The translations under genes and the position numbers were made by a program. Of a stretch of DNA of 64,000 nt, positions 9,278-18,107 are shown one piece after another (position 1 is the stretch's first letter; every line of letters starts with the position of its first letter). The DNA comes from a virus. The stretch spans positions 1 through 64,000 of the IMG/VR virus record IMGVR_UViG_3300023179_000030; one strand, given 5' to 3'. Below the pieces are notes generated by a model. That model worked only from the letters and a program-made list of their open reading frames with translations, was not told the origin of the DNA and searched no databases.

Positions 9278-9854
9278 GTTGGGCATGCAATTCTTCAACT
9301 GTGCCGTTATTGTCAATTACATAATCGAATTTCGCTGCTGCCCAACTATACTCACTGGCATGTATACTGGGAAATAGTACAGGCATTTTAGATTTGTCAG
9401 TTTGTGCAGTTTCAAACCAAATCGGATCAGGGCCACGTTTGATCCTGACAATTATCCCACCCGATGATTTTACAGAATTGAGTTCATTCATAAATCTACA
9501 ATCAGTAATTACTACTGAATCGTTTATGTTACGTATTTTGTTTTCCAAACTGGCAATCCAAATATCGTCATGAAAATGTACTCTGCAAACTTCTGTGCCC
9601 CAATACTGTAATACCCATCTTGGGGTTATGTTACGTCCCAGTCTATTGGACCACCATGGGTCTGTGGCTTCACGCCAACGACGAGATTCAGCAGTTCGAC
9701 CCTCTAATAAATCCCTGTCCCACCCAAATAATACCGAAATAATATCTTTGAGTGCGGCAGCAAAGCTATCTCGACGATAACCATGGAAGTTGCAAAGATA
9801 ATCTGCTGCGGTATCTTTACCAGAGCCTATCAAACCAGAAATACCAATAATCAT
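9261..9854 (-). CDS. gp1: Deoxynucleoside monophosphate kinase
   Basis: P-loop GLIGSGKDT, FAAALKD, PRWVLQYWGTE, ITDCRF.NE and HASE. Confidence 0.93.
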   Translation of the reverse strand: MIIGISGLIGSGKDTAADYLCNFHGYRRDSFAAALKDIISVLFGWDRDLLEGRTAESRRWREATDPWWSNRLGRNITPRWVLQYWGTEVCRVHFHDDIWIASLENKIRNINDSVVITDCRFMNELNSVKSSGGIIVRIKRGPDPIWFETAQTDKSKMPVLFPSIHASEYSWAAAKFDYVIDNNGTVEELHAQLKNLV

Positions 9855-9870
9855 AAAACCCCCTATATTA

Positions 9871-9877
9871 TACTTAT
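9871..9877 (-). promoter_or_regulatory. Late promoter variant ATAAGTA
   Basis: Upstream of the dNMP kinase SD (AGGGGG). The same variant occurs at 18062 and 32801. Confidence 0.5.
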
Positions 9878-9929
9878 TCTACAGCAGTTCAGTTAATAGA
9901 AATAGCATTTAGGAGAATATTTAAAAACC

Positions 9930-11087
9930 CTATCCGGTAATCCAAGTTAACCCAACGCTGCCGTCAACGTAATTCTTGAGGTCTTCTTCCAACTTTTCCA
10001 TTTCAGCCTGAGATTCCTGTAACAATGCCGCGCCATTCAACTGTGTACCACCCTGTGGTCCTGCAATTGTTGAATATTTGCCACGAGCCTGACCTAGAAT
10101 ACTCTTACAAAAAGCTAAGGCATACTCCTGCAGCCAAGGGAAAACCTGAGGGTCACTGAGTAGCATGCTGTCAGGTTTATAATTGTAGCACCAAAGTAAC
10201 ACACTCTCAGTATTGTTCAAACCATCTATTTGTGGACTCCACACTTGTGTTTTGCTCACCGAAAACCCAGTCACTGATGTTGCACCAAGTATTTGGCTAG
10301 CAGTTACGGTAATGATTTGGCCCGTACTATCCACTGATTCTACTATATATTGCCCACTATATCCAGAGATTGGACAATTTGCTATGTATAGGTTGTAGCC
10401 AGATTCTATACTATAGGGAATTTTAGTTGTTATAGTTATGGTACTTCCAACAGCAGTACCTGAAGAAGTTATGGTGTCCAGGGACAAATAAGTGTGGCCA
10501 TATTGCGGGATTTTACGATTCAATGTCAACTTTTTTGTTGCACGATTCCAAGTGTAATTCATATAGCCACCAAACATCGTCATTGACAATTTCTGATAAG
10601 AGGTAAACAATTCATAATTTGTTAATCCCCCAACTCTGCCTGATACTAACATATATGTGTTTAAGAACCCACTGGCAAAAGGTTCGAATTGGCTGGCTGT
10701 GGTTCCAGTCACCGACCCTATACCACGGCGATAGACTGTTCTGACTTCCATAATAGAACTAGGAAGTATATATTCTTGCACTTCGGGAAGTAAGTCTAGA
10801 AAAGCATAGCTTTCTTCAACTGAATTTTGAGCTTTTTGCCTATATTTGGTCAGTGATTGCTTGATCGCTAACTCGTAATGCTCTTTGTCTAATTCAACAT
10901 CTACTATTTGATCGCCCAAACGCAATCTTATATAGTCTATCATTTCATTGCGAAGTTGGTTTAATCCCTGTAAGCCTGCTGCTGCAATTGCACTTTCTTG
11001 ACTGATTGGCCCAGGCCCCCCTAAGTTTTGAGTAGGTAAACTTAAATCGTTCTGAAGCCCTGGTTGAATAACTACGGTGTTGGTCAT
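9930..11087 (-). CDS. gp13: Neck protein gp13-like (head-tail adaptor) with an inserted beta domain
   Basis: YIRLRLGDQIVDVEL, WLQEYALA.CK..LGQARGKY and GG.QLNG are gp13 hallmarks. Confidence 0.88.
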   Translation of the reverse strand: MTNTVVIQPGLQNDLSLPTQNLGGPGPISQESAIAAAGLQGLNQLRNEMIDYIRLRLGDQIVDVELDKEHYELAIKQSLTKYRQKAQNSVEESYAFLDLLPEVQEYILPSSIMEVRTVYRRGIGSVTGTTASQFEPFASGFLNTYMLVSGRVGGLTNYELFTSYQKLSMTMFGGYMNYTWNRATKKLTLNRKIPQYGHTYLSLDTITSSGTAVGSTITITTKIPYSIESGYNLYIANCPISGYSGQYIVESVDSTGQIITVTASQILGATSVTGFSVSKTQVWSPQIDGLNNTESVLLWCYNYKPDSMLLSDPQVFPWLQEYALAFCKSILGQARGKYSTIAGPQGGTQLNGAALLQESQAEMEKLEEDLKNYVDGSVGLTWITG

Positions 11088-11091
11088 GGTA

Positions 11092-11128
11092 TGAGTCCTG
11101 TTAGCATTATTTATGCTAATAGGACTCA
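11092..11128 (-). promoter_or_regulatory. RBS-sequestering hairpin with the late promoter ATAAATA (11108-11114) in its loop
   Basis: Minus-strand RNA UGAGUCCUAUUAGCAU-AAAUA-AUGCUAACAGGACUCA gives a 15/16-bp stem. The 3' arm holds the CAGGA SD of the gp13 gene. Confidence 0.8.
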
Positions 11129-11136
11129 GATATCAT

Positions 11137-12369
11137 CTAGGCAATTTTAAGCAAAATCATGTCTTTGTTGATTCGACCATTCAATTTGGTTTCTGTAGCT
11201 TTAATTGCAGTTAGAAACCCACGCAAAGCAACTTTACCTGCCTTTGCAAACTCTTTGAGTTGTTCTGCAGGCTTTCGCAGAGTTTTGCTGATGCTTTTTG
11301 CTTCGTCGTAACCAGTGATAGTTGTACCTTTTACTCCCAGTGGTCCGGTCAAACTATCTGCCACATACTTGCAGAGTTTACGTGTTTTGACATTAAAACA
11401 CCACAGCTCAGCAGCCCCCACAATATCTGCTGGGTTAACACTGATCAATTTAAGCCCTTTGTCCTCTTTTAGGAATTTCATTTTGGACACAATCTTTTCC
11501 TTGCTTACAGCACGTGGGGCACGCACTTTACGCAAAACCTTGGCTTCTTGACTGATCTGATCGCAGGCTTCCATGATAGCCTGATAGAACTCCATCAATT
11601 TCTTGATATTTTTGCGGCTATTATGTCCATAAGCCTCTTTGAGTTGGGCATCGGCTTTTGCACTAACCAATTCCATCAACTCATTATGACCGCGCTGGTA
11701 GAATGCTTTAACAAAACGAGCGTGTGCGGCTTTGGTACCTTTGCCACGAAGCAAACTACTCACTTTAAAAGCCTTCGGATCAAAACCTTCAGGATCAGTA
11801 ACCCAGCTGTCCAAAGCCAGGTCTAGTTCCTCACTCATTGCCCCAGCTTGCTCACGAACACGATCCTGGATCGTCAAAACAGGCCCCAAAGGCTTCGCTG
11901 TTTTGGTATCTGTTGCAGTTACGGAATCATTTACTCCGTTAAGCAAAATAGTTTCAATTTCCTTGCGTAGCCATTCTGAGGTACTGCGACCGGAATTGAA
12001 TTCCGGATGGCATTCGGGCATCCCACGTAACAGGCAACTAGCAATAGCACCGGCAGTGAGATTTGTTCGCCAGTCTTCGGTAGCTTTAAAAGCTGCAATT
12101 ACTGTTTTACTGTAGCCGTTACGAGTCATCCAGTCAATAACACGGGGCTTCAAAAGTTTGCCGGTGAAATTCTGATTGTAGTAATTCATGGCAAAGTGGA
12201 AATAAGCGGTAAATTCTTCACCGCTCATATTGATTGCATCTGTCCAATTTGGACTGAGATCTTTTTTAGCATTTTCACGAATCGTAACACTGGTTACGCG
12301 GGTAGATACCCGTGGTGCACGGGCTTTGACCGTTGTAGTTTTAGCTTTAAGCTTGGATTTCGTAGCCAT
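11137..12369 (-). CDS. Conserved hypothetical protein of large T4-like phages (basic, probably early)
   Basis: About 410 aa. SD GAGGTG before ATG 12369. The C-terminal region (SVNPADIVGA.ELW..N.KTRKL..Y...VKGTTI.G.D...S..KTLRKP) resembles a T4-like core hypothetical protein. Confidence 0.7.
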   Translation of the reverse strand: MATKSKLKAKTTTVKARAPRVSTRVTSVTIRENAKKDLSPNWTDAINMSGEEFTAYFHFAMNYYNQNFTGKLLKPRVIDWMTRNGYSKTVIAAFKATEDWRTNLTAGAIASCLLRGMPECHPEFNSGRSTSEWLRKEIETILLNGVNDSVTATDTKTAKPLGPVLTIQDRVREQAGAMSEELDLALDSWVTDPEGFDPKAFKVSSLLRGKGTKAAHARFVKAFYQRGHNELMELVSAKADAQLKEAYGHNSRKNIKKLMEFYQAIMEACDQISQEAKVLRKVRAPRAVSKEKIVSKMKFLKEDKGLKLISVNPADIVGAAELWCFNVKTRKLCKYVADSLTGPLGVKGTTITGYDEAKSISKTLRKPAEQLKEFAKAGKVALRGFLTAIKATETKLNGRINKDMILLKIA

Positions 12370-12401
12370 CAAATTTCACCTCAAAATTAACTATAACATC
12401 T

Positions 12402-12430
12402 ATTGTAACACAAAGCCGATTTAAAATCAA
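12402..12430 (-). promoter_or_regulatory. Sigma70-type early promoter TTGATT-N17-TACAAT with extended -10 TG
   Basis: Read directly from the minus strand, upstream of 11137..12369. Confidence 0.6.
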
Positions 12431-12705
12431 GCGCGACTTAACATAAGCATAATTAGATAGGTGTCCAAGTTTTCCATGGCTGCGGAAAACTTTGCATAGA
12501 CTTCCAAGTATTTACTTGTTGGCTTTCCTAGCCTACGACAAGTTACCAATTCTCTAGAACATTCGTGTCGAAGACCCGATACTACCCTAAGCATGCGCCG
12601 AAGATCAGCACCAGTTGGACCTGAAAATTTATTGATTTGCGAGATCATTATTTCCATTTTTTTATGCAGTTCATCGACGGCAATCGCATGTTCCATATTA
12701 TCCAT
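12427..12705 (-). CDS. Small helical hypothetical protein (early, probably leaderless)
   Basis: 92-aa ORF whose ATG sits 7 nt after a consensus -10 box. Confidence 0.7.
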   Translation of the reverse strand: MDNMEHAIAVDELHKKMEIMISQINKFSGPTGADLRRMLRVVSGLRHECSRELVTCRRLGKPTSKYLEVYAKFSAAMENLDTYLIMLMLSRA

Positions 12706-12711
12706 GTGTGT

Positions 12712-12740
12712 ATTATAGTTTTTTTGATATTTTTTGTCAA
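12712..12740 (-). promoter_or_regulatory. Perfect-consensus sigma70 promoter TTGACA-N17-TATAAT
   Basis: -35 at 12735-12740, -10 at 12712-12717, 17-nt A-rich spacer. Confidence 0.88.
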
Positions 12741-12759
12741 TTTCAATTTGAACTTAGGC

Positions 12760-12766
12760 ATAAATA
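12760..12766 (+). promoter_or_regulatory. Late promoter box ATAAATA for the gp14-gp15-NUDIX operon
   Basis: 23 nt upstream of the GTG start at 12790, with SD AAGGA in between. Confidence 0.7.
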
Positions 12767-12789
12767 CTTGATATTTAAAGGATTAAACT

Positions 12790-14163
12790 GTGCCGCGTCT
12801 ATCTATGTGGAGGGAGAATCATACTTCCGATTATAAATTTTTTGATAGGCGCATATCGGAATCGTTCACCATTGGTGGCACTGGAATTTTGTTGCATAAA
12901 TATTTAGGCACCAATATCCAAGCCAATGCCTATACCACTACTGGTAATACCACACTCAATTCCAACACCTTGTCTTTTGCCAATGTTTCTATATTTGAAG
13001 TTGGACAAACACTCAGTGGAATTGGTATAGCTGCAAATACTGTAATTGTAGGGACCAATACCTCAGTCAATACCATATCGATTAGTTCAAATACGGTAAG
13101 TTCCATCAGTGCTGGTACACCAATTAACATTTATTGGAACGACCCCACAAAACCTTTTTACTCAAATCAAAGTGCACTTAATATACAAGATTTGTTATTC
13201 TTAGAAAACAGAGATCGTAAATACGACACCAGTGTTTATACATTGCGTGGAATTTATAATGTCAATGACAATGATTTTGATCTACAACAATTTGGTATTT
13301 TTCTTAGTGCTGACACTCTGTATATAACATTTCATTTAAATGACACCGTGGCTTATTTGGGTCGAAAAATTATCAGCGGTGATGTTATTGAGTTGCAACA
13401 CAAAAAAGACTATTATCCACTGGATACCGGGATACCAGCAGCATTGAAAAGATATTATGTAGTACAGGATGTTACATTTGGGGCAGAAGGATTTAGCCAA
13501 ACATGGTGGCCGCATATTTTAAGAGTCAAAGTTACACCATTAGTAGATAGTCAAGAGTACAAGGACATATTGAACAATATCAGCTCTGGGGACAGCGACA
13601 ACACCCCCATTGGGCAAGTTCTAAGCACTATGAGCAAGCTGAACCAAATCAACGATGCAATAATTGCACAAGCTGAAATTGATGTCCCACGTAGCGGAAC
13701 AAACATAGACAATTTATACAATTTGCCACTGAACCCAGACGGAAGTCCTGGTGACCCACAAGGCCAAACTGTAGATTCACTTGATCTATATGTAGACAGC
13801 AATGTAGATTTTGCAGCACAACCAATAACACCAGATCAAAATATATCAGCATATCTGGGAGGTGACGGTTTAACCCCCGATGGTTGGCCTGTGACTGCTG
13901 GTACAAGTTTTCCAGTAAGCCCAGCGATTGGGAACTATGCATTACGTACAGATTATGTACCCAATAGGTTATTTAGGTACAATGGCCAACGTTGGGTTAA
14001 GATCGAAGACAATGTTAGAACGTCGTTGACTCCGGGGCCAAACAATAGAACTCAACGTAGTATCTTTGTCAATGACACCAGCACCTTTACGAATTCCGAA
14101 GGTCAAACATTACCAACGAGACAGTCATTAAATGCTGCATTAACACCTAGGTCAGATAACTAA
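12790..14163 (+). CDS. gp14: Neck protein gp14-like (head closure) with inserted and C-terminal extra domains
   Basis: IQDLLFLENRDRKY, DLQQFGIFL..DTLYITFH and GRK..SGDVIEL pattern. Precedes the gp15-like gene. Confidence 0.7.
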   Translation: MPRLSMWRENHTSDYKFFDRRISESFTIGGTGILLHKYLGTNIQANAYTTTGNTTLNSNTLSFANVSIFEVGQTLSGIGIAANTVIVGTNTSVNTISISSNTVSSISAGTPINIYWNDPTKPFYSNQSALNIQDLLFLENRDRKYDTSVYTLRGIYNVNDNDFDLQQFGIFLSADTLYITFHLNDTVAYLGRKIISGDVIELQHKKDYYPLDTGIPAALKRYYVVQDVTFGAEGFSQTWWPHILRVKVTPLVDSQEYKDILNNISSGDSDNTPIGQVLSTMSKLNQINDAIIAQAEIDVPRSGTNIDNLYNLPLNPDGSPGDPQGQTVDSLDLYVDSNVDFAAQPITPDQNISAYLGGDGLTPDGWPVTAGTSFPVSPAIGNYALRTDYVPNRLFRYNGQRWVKIEDNVRTSLTPGPNNRTQRSIFVNDTSTFTNSEGQTLPTRQSLNAALTPRSDN

Positions 14164-14168
14164 TAATT

Positions 14169-15965
14169 ATGCAACAATTTTTTTATTCAGGTCAGGTGAG
14201 ACGTTATATCACCCAGTTTATTCGCATGGTGTCAAATTTTCAAGTTGAATTTGGCCGTGGCAGAGACGGTAGCATTGCTTTACAACGTGTACCCGTTATC
14301 TATGGGGACAGTAGTAGACAAGCGGCATCTATTATACGTCAAAATAGCGAGAACTCATTGAATTCAGTACCAGTTATGGCAGTATATGTCAGTGACATGC
14401 AGTACGATAGAGATCGTGTTCAAAACCCCACATTTGTGGGAAAATTAAATCTCAGAGAACGGTATTATGAACCAAGCACTGGAGAATACAGCACTCAACA
14501 AGGGGATGCCTTTACTGTAGAGCGTTTGATGCCTGTCCCCTATAAATTGACTTTGAAACTTGATATTTGGACTTCCAATACTGAGCAAAAGTTGCAATTA
14601 TTGGAACAATTGACTATATTGTTCAATCCTGCACTTGAAATTCAAAGCACCGACAATTATGTTGATTGGACTAGTTTAACCTATGTGTTGTTAACTAACC
14701 TAACCTGGAGTTCCAGAACAGTACCCATGGGTACCGAAAACCCCATAGACATCGCTACATTGACTTTTGAATTACCAATCTTTGTAAGTGCACCAGCCCT
14801 AGTTAAAAAATTGGGAGTAGTACAAAAAATCATCGCCAGTGTGTTTGATTCAAGTGGGAATATAGATGAAGCAATCTACGATGATGCAAATCTTATCAGC
14901 AGACAATATATCACCCCCATGCAGTATGGTGTAATTTTACTTGAAAATCAATTGAGATTGGTAAAATATAATGAGCCAGTGGATGATCAATTTGGGCAAC
15001 AAGTGGTCAAGAAATTATCCAACACAATTAGTTCCAATGTTAATCTAGTATTGGACAATACCGATGGAGTGAAACCCGGAATGCTTATATCAGGGTTGTA
15101 CACCACTGGTTCTGGTACAATATCCAGCAATACTGCCAGCAATGTATTAGTGGGTGTGGGAACTTCTTTTACTTCTGATTTATATGCCAACGCTGTAATT
15201 TATTACAATAGTACAAGTATTGGATCTGTAGCTTCAGTGGTCAATGATACACAGATAATTTTAAACACCAATGCCTCAGGAAATGTGTCAAGTGGCATTT
15301 ATTCTTATTTTAATAATATAGCAGGCAGCAATTGTACGGTTATATCTGTCAACGGAAACTCTGTAGTATCCAGCAACGTGGTCTCGGCGACCAGTGGTCA
15401 GCGCATTGTATTCAGTGCTGTAACTAAAAAATATGGTGTCACCGAGCCTTGGCGTGATATCGTCAACATCTATGGCAACCTTATAAATGGATCGAGTCAA
15501 GTTAGGTTGGAATTGGATTCCACTGAAGTAGTTGGCACTGTGGCTTATAATCCTGTAGATGATACCACATTACTTTGGACCGCAGACATTGATACTTTGC
15601 CCACAAATACTCTTGTGCCAGTCAATGCAATAATTGATCCTAATAGTTCAAGACCTGCCAAAGATTTGCAAAATTTAGCCAATGGTACTAGATACTTGTT
15701 GGTGGGTGATTATACCACAGCCAACGGAGAACAACCTACTTATAATTGGATGGGAATTGACAACACTCCATTAATAGCATTTGCCAATGACATCATACAA
15801 TACAACGGAGAGCATTGGATAGTTGCTTTTGATTCTGCTAAGACCCCGGCTGTAAATTATGTCACTAATATGACTACCAATACCCAATATCGCTGGAGTG
15901 GTAAATCCTGGACCAAAAGCTACGAAGGTTATTATGAGGCCGGAAAGTGGACTTTGGTAATATAA
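14169..15965 (+). CDS. gp15: Tail sheath stabiliser/terminator gp15-like with a long C-terminal extension
   Basis: FFY..QVRRY..QF, VPVIYG, YDRDR, MPVPYKL and QLLEQL..LFNP are gp15 motifs. Confidence 0.85.
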   Translation: MQQFFYSGQVRRYITQFIRMVSNFQVEFGRGRDGSIALQRVPVIYGDSSRQAASIIRQNSENSLNSVPVMAVYVSDMQYDRDRVQNPTFVGKLNLRERYYEPSTGEYSTQQGDAFTVERLMPVPYKLTLKLDIWTSNTEQKLQLLEQLTILFNPALEIQSTDNYVDWTSLTYVLLTNLTWSSRTVPMGTENPIDIATLTFELPIFVSAPALVKKLGVVQKIIASVFDSSGNIDEAIYDDANLISRQYITPMQYGVILLENQLRLVKYNEPVDDQFGQQVVKKLSNTISSNVNLVLDNTDGVKPGMLISGLYTTGSGTISSNTASNVLVGVGTSFTSDLYANAVIYYNSTSIGSVASVVNDTQIILNTNASGNVSSGIYSYFNNIAGSNCTVISVNGNSVVSSNVVSATSGQRIVFSAVTKKYGVTEPWRDIVNIYGNLINGSSQVRLELDSTEVVGTVAYNPVDDTTLLWTADIDTLPTNTLVPVNAIIDPNSSRPAKDLQNLANGTRYLLVGDYTTANGEQPTYNWMGIDNTPLIAFANDIIQYNGEHWIVAFDSAKTPAVNYVTNMTTNTQYRWSGKSWTKSYEGYYEAGKWTLVI

Positions 15966-16381
15966 AAGAAAGTTGTGGCGCGCTAATTTATTGTACTGCC
16001 ACTCAAAGATATTTGTTTTTACTACGTAATGGTGGTAAATTCGCCAACACCTGGGGTCTAGCAGGTGGTAAATTGGAAAACTCTGAATCAATGCTGGTTG
16101 GCCTTGTTCGAGAAATTCGTGAAGAGCTCGGTGGGGAGATTTCGGGTGCTAAAGTATTGCCAATTGAAAAATATACCAGTGACAATGGCAAGTTTGCTTA
16201 TCACACCTTTTTAATAAAAATCGAAGAAGAATTTGTGCCACAGCTCAATCATGAGCACAAGGGATTTTGTTGGGTAGGCCTTGATGATCATCCAACTCCC
16301 TTGCACCCTGGTGTTTATCGAACACTAAAGCAGAAATCTACTAGAAGTAAAATAAAAAGTCAAGAATCAATCAAAGATTAA
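15947..16381 (+). CDS. NUDIX hydrolase
   Basis: Nudix box GGKLENSESMLVGLVREIREELG, plus LNHEH..W and LHPG. Confidence 0.9.
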   Translation: MDFGNIKESCGALIYCTATQRYLFLLRNGGKFANTWGLAGGKLENSESMLVGLVREIREELGGEISGAKVLPIEKYTSDNGKFAYHTFLIKIEEEFVPQLNHEHKGFCWVGLDDHPTPLHPGVYRTLKQKSTRSKIKSQESIKD

Positions 16382-16955
16382 AAACTATACTGGTTCTAGG
16401 GGTTTTGCTTTGGTTGGGAGGTACTTCATGGTACATCCATGCGGGCCATATCAATAACAATCCAGGACAGGGTTCGTAATCAACATGTGGCATGCAATAC
16501 CAATTATTTGGGTCTTTAATCATATACATATAATCAAAAAAATCCTTGAAGGGTTGATTTGGATAGAACCTAATTTTACTTGACCCTGGAGGAGTTTTTA
16601 GATAATATATACCACTTAGTGTACATTGACTATGCAGATGTTTGGGATGGTTACTGCCTTCCAAAAAGCTGTTGGCAAAAAAGTATGGCTTCCAGGGAAT
16701 CCTACTGGTGTCATAGCCTTGCTGATCTAAAAACCCCACAGCCTTTTTTTTAACAAAATCTATAAAAGGACTGAATTCAGGATCCTCTGTCAATGATCTA
16801 GTGCCATAAGTGGTTTCACCATTGTAGTAAAACTGCGTGTTTACTTGTTTGTTTGGCACATTAAAAATCTTATCCAGCAGTAGATTCATGGGGTCAATCC
16901 ACTCTGGGTGGTTATCTCGACCCACCGTGGTTGGAAACCAGTTATCTAAATGCAT
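16371..16955 (-). CDS. 2OG-Fe(II) oxygenase-like protein (TIGR02466-type)
   Basis: HPKHLH...LSGIYYL, LLIWPAWMYHEV and RTSIVFN. Confidence 0.8.
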   Translation of the reverse strand: MHLDNWFPTTVGRDNHPEWIDPMNLLLDKIFNVPNKQVNTQFYYNGETTYGTRSLTEDPEFSPFIDFVKKKAVGFLDQQGYDTSRIPWKPYFFANSFLEGSNHPKHLHSQCTLSGIYYLKTPPGSSKIRFYPNQPFKDFFDYMYMIKDPNNWYCMPHVDYEPCPGLLLIWPAWMYHEVPPNQSKTPRTSIVFNL

Positions 16956-16956
16956 G

Positions 16957-17478
16957 TTATTTACTGAAAAATAGCTGTATACTCAAGCGAGGATGTTCCG
17001 CCAATGGGGTAACCATGGTGGTTGCATGCCAAACTGGAGGCTTAAACCAAACCATATAATTACGCATAGGATAAACCCAACGTTGCCCAACATCTGGGTC
17101 ATCACAAATAAAAAATCCACCCCAATTCCAATTCCAAGTCTCATTGATATAAATTGTGCTGCTTAGACGCTCAACCGTTTCAGATGCATCGTGATGAAAA
17201 TTGATTTGACTTCCAGGTGGCCAAATATGTAAAAAACAATTTAAATTATTATAATCTGCAAATACCGGATCCACTGTTTTATATTTTTCCAAAAAATATT
17301 CTTTATATTCTTCCAGCGGTAACACAAATACTGGGGCATATGACCCGCTATCTAGCCCTTTACCCCATCGACCCATGTTGTTTATCTCAAATACAGGTTT
17401 CCCGCGTGAGCTCTCATATTTTGCATTTATGTTGTCAAATGTTTCTTTGTCTAAAAAATCAGGAACTATATGAATCAT
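16957..17478 (-). CDS. Prolyl-hydroxylase-like 2OG-Fe(II) oxygenase
   Basis: HxD (FHHDA), STIYINETW...WGG, distal His (VWH) and the RLSIQ 2OG-binding motif. Confidence 0.82.
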   Translation of the reverse strand: MIHIVPDFLDKETFDNINAKYESSRGKPVFEINNMGRWGKGLDSGSYAPVFVLPLEEYKEYFLEKYKTVDPVFADYNNLNCFLHIWPPGSQINFHHDASETVERLSSTIYINETWNWNWGGFFICDDPDVGQRWVYPMRNYMVWFKPPVWHATTMVTPLAEHPRLSIQLFFSK

Positions 17479-17489
17479 TGTTATCTTTC

Positions 17490-18041
17490 TTAATATTGAG
17501 TGGTAAGGAAAAACAATTGAAATAGCCTACCTGATTCCAAGTCATCTCCAAAATAATCTAAACTTGTATGAAATAGATCACTGCGATACAACACTAATCT
17601 ATTATATCTATTGCCAATTACATCGAATAAGTCCCATTTGGTCATATCCTGAGATTCGTAACTTTCCAATTCACTCTGAATTCTAGCTCCAGTGCGTTTA
17701 TGTCTAAACAACCCTGTGCCGCTGGTATGTGGCGCATTTGGTGTTAGATAACAAACCCCAGCCCAAGTGTTATAGTGATCTGTGTGTATCCAACTTCGGT
17801 CTTTGGCTGTTGCAATTTCAAAACTACCGGTGAGCCCATCGCCCTCATTCCAATTTGTTACTTCGCCAGCGGCATTCCAAAGAATAGTCTGAATAGTATC
17901 ACGCATATCACTGTTTAGAAAACTCACAGTGCGTGATCCAGGGAAATTGCCCCTGACTTTAAATTCTTGCTGCATTGCAAATGCTCTAACACTGTCTGGG
18001 TTGCTATAAAAATCGTCGGTGATAATTACATTAGTTCTCAA
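17490..18041 (-). CDS. 2OG-Fe(II) oxygenase-like protein (DUF6445-like)
   Basis: Probable TTG start at 18041 after SD AAGGA. Motifs DDFY.NPD.VR, FPG.RT, WIHTD, YNRLVLYR..LFH and RLFQLFF. Confidence 0.78.
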   Translation of the reverse strand: MRTNVIITDDFYSNPDSVRAFAMQQEFKVRGNFPGSRTVSFLNSDMRDTIQTILWNAAGEVTNWNEGDGLTGSFEIATAKDRSWIHTDHYNTWAGVCYLTPNAPHTSGTGLFRHKRTGARIQSELESYESQDMTKWDLFDVIGNRYNRLVLYRSDLFHTSLDYFGDDLESGRLFQLFFLTTQY

Positions 18042-18061
18042 TTTATTTCCTTTATTATACT

Positions 18062-18068
18062 TACTTAT
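18062..18068 (-). promoter_or_regulatory. Late promoter variant ATAAGTA for the three-oxygenase operon
   Basis: Intergenic, 20 nt upstream of the TTG start. Confidence 0.5.
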
Positions 18069-18107
18069 GTTAATGCGAGCTATTGCTTGCAAAACTTGTG
18101 GGATAAT

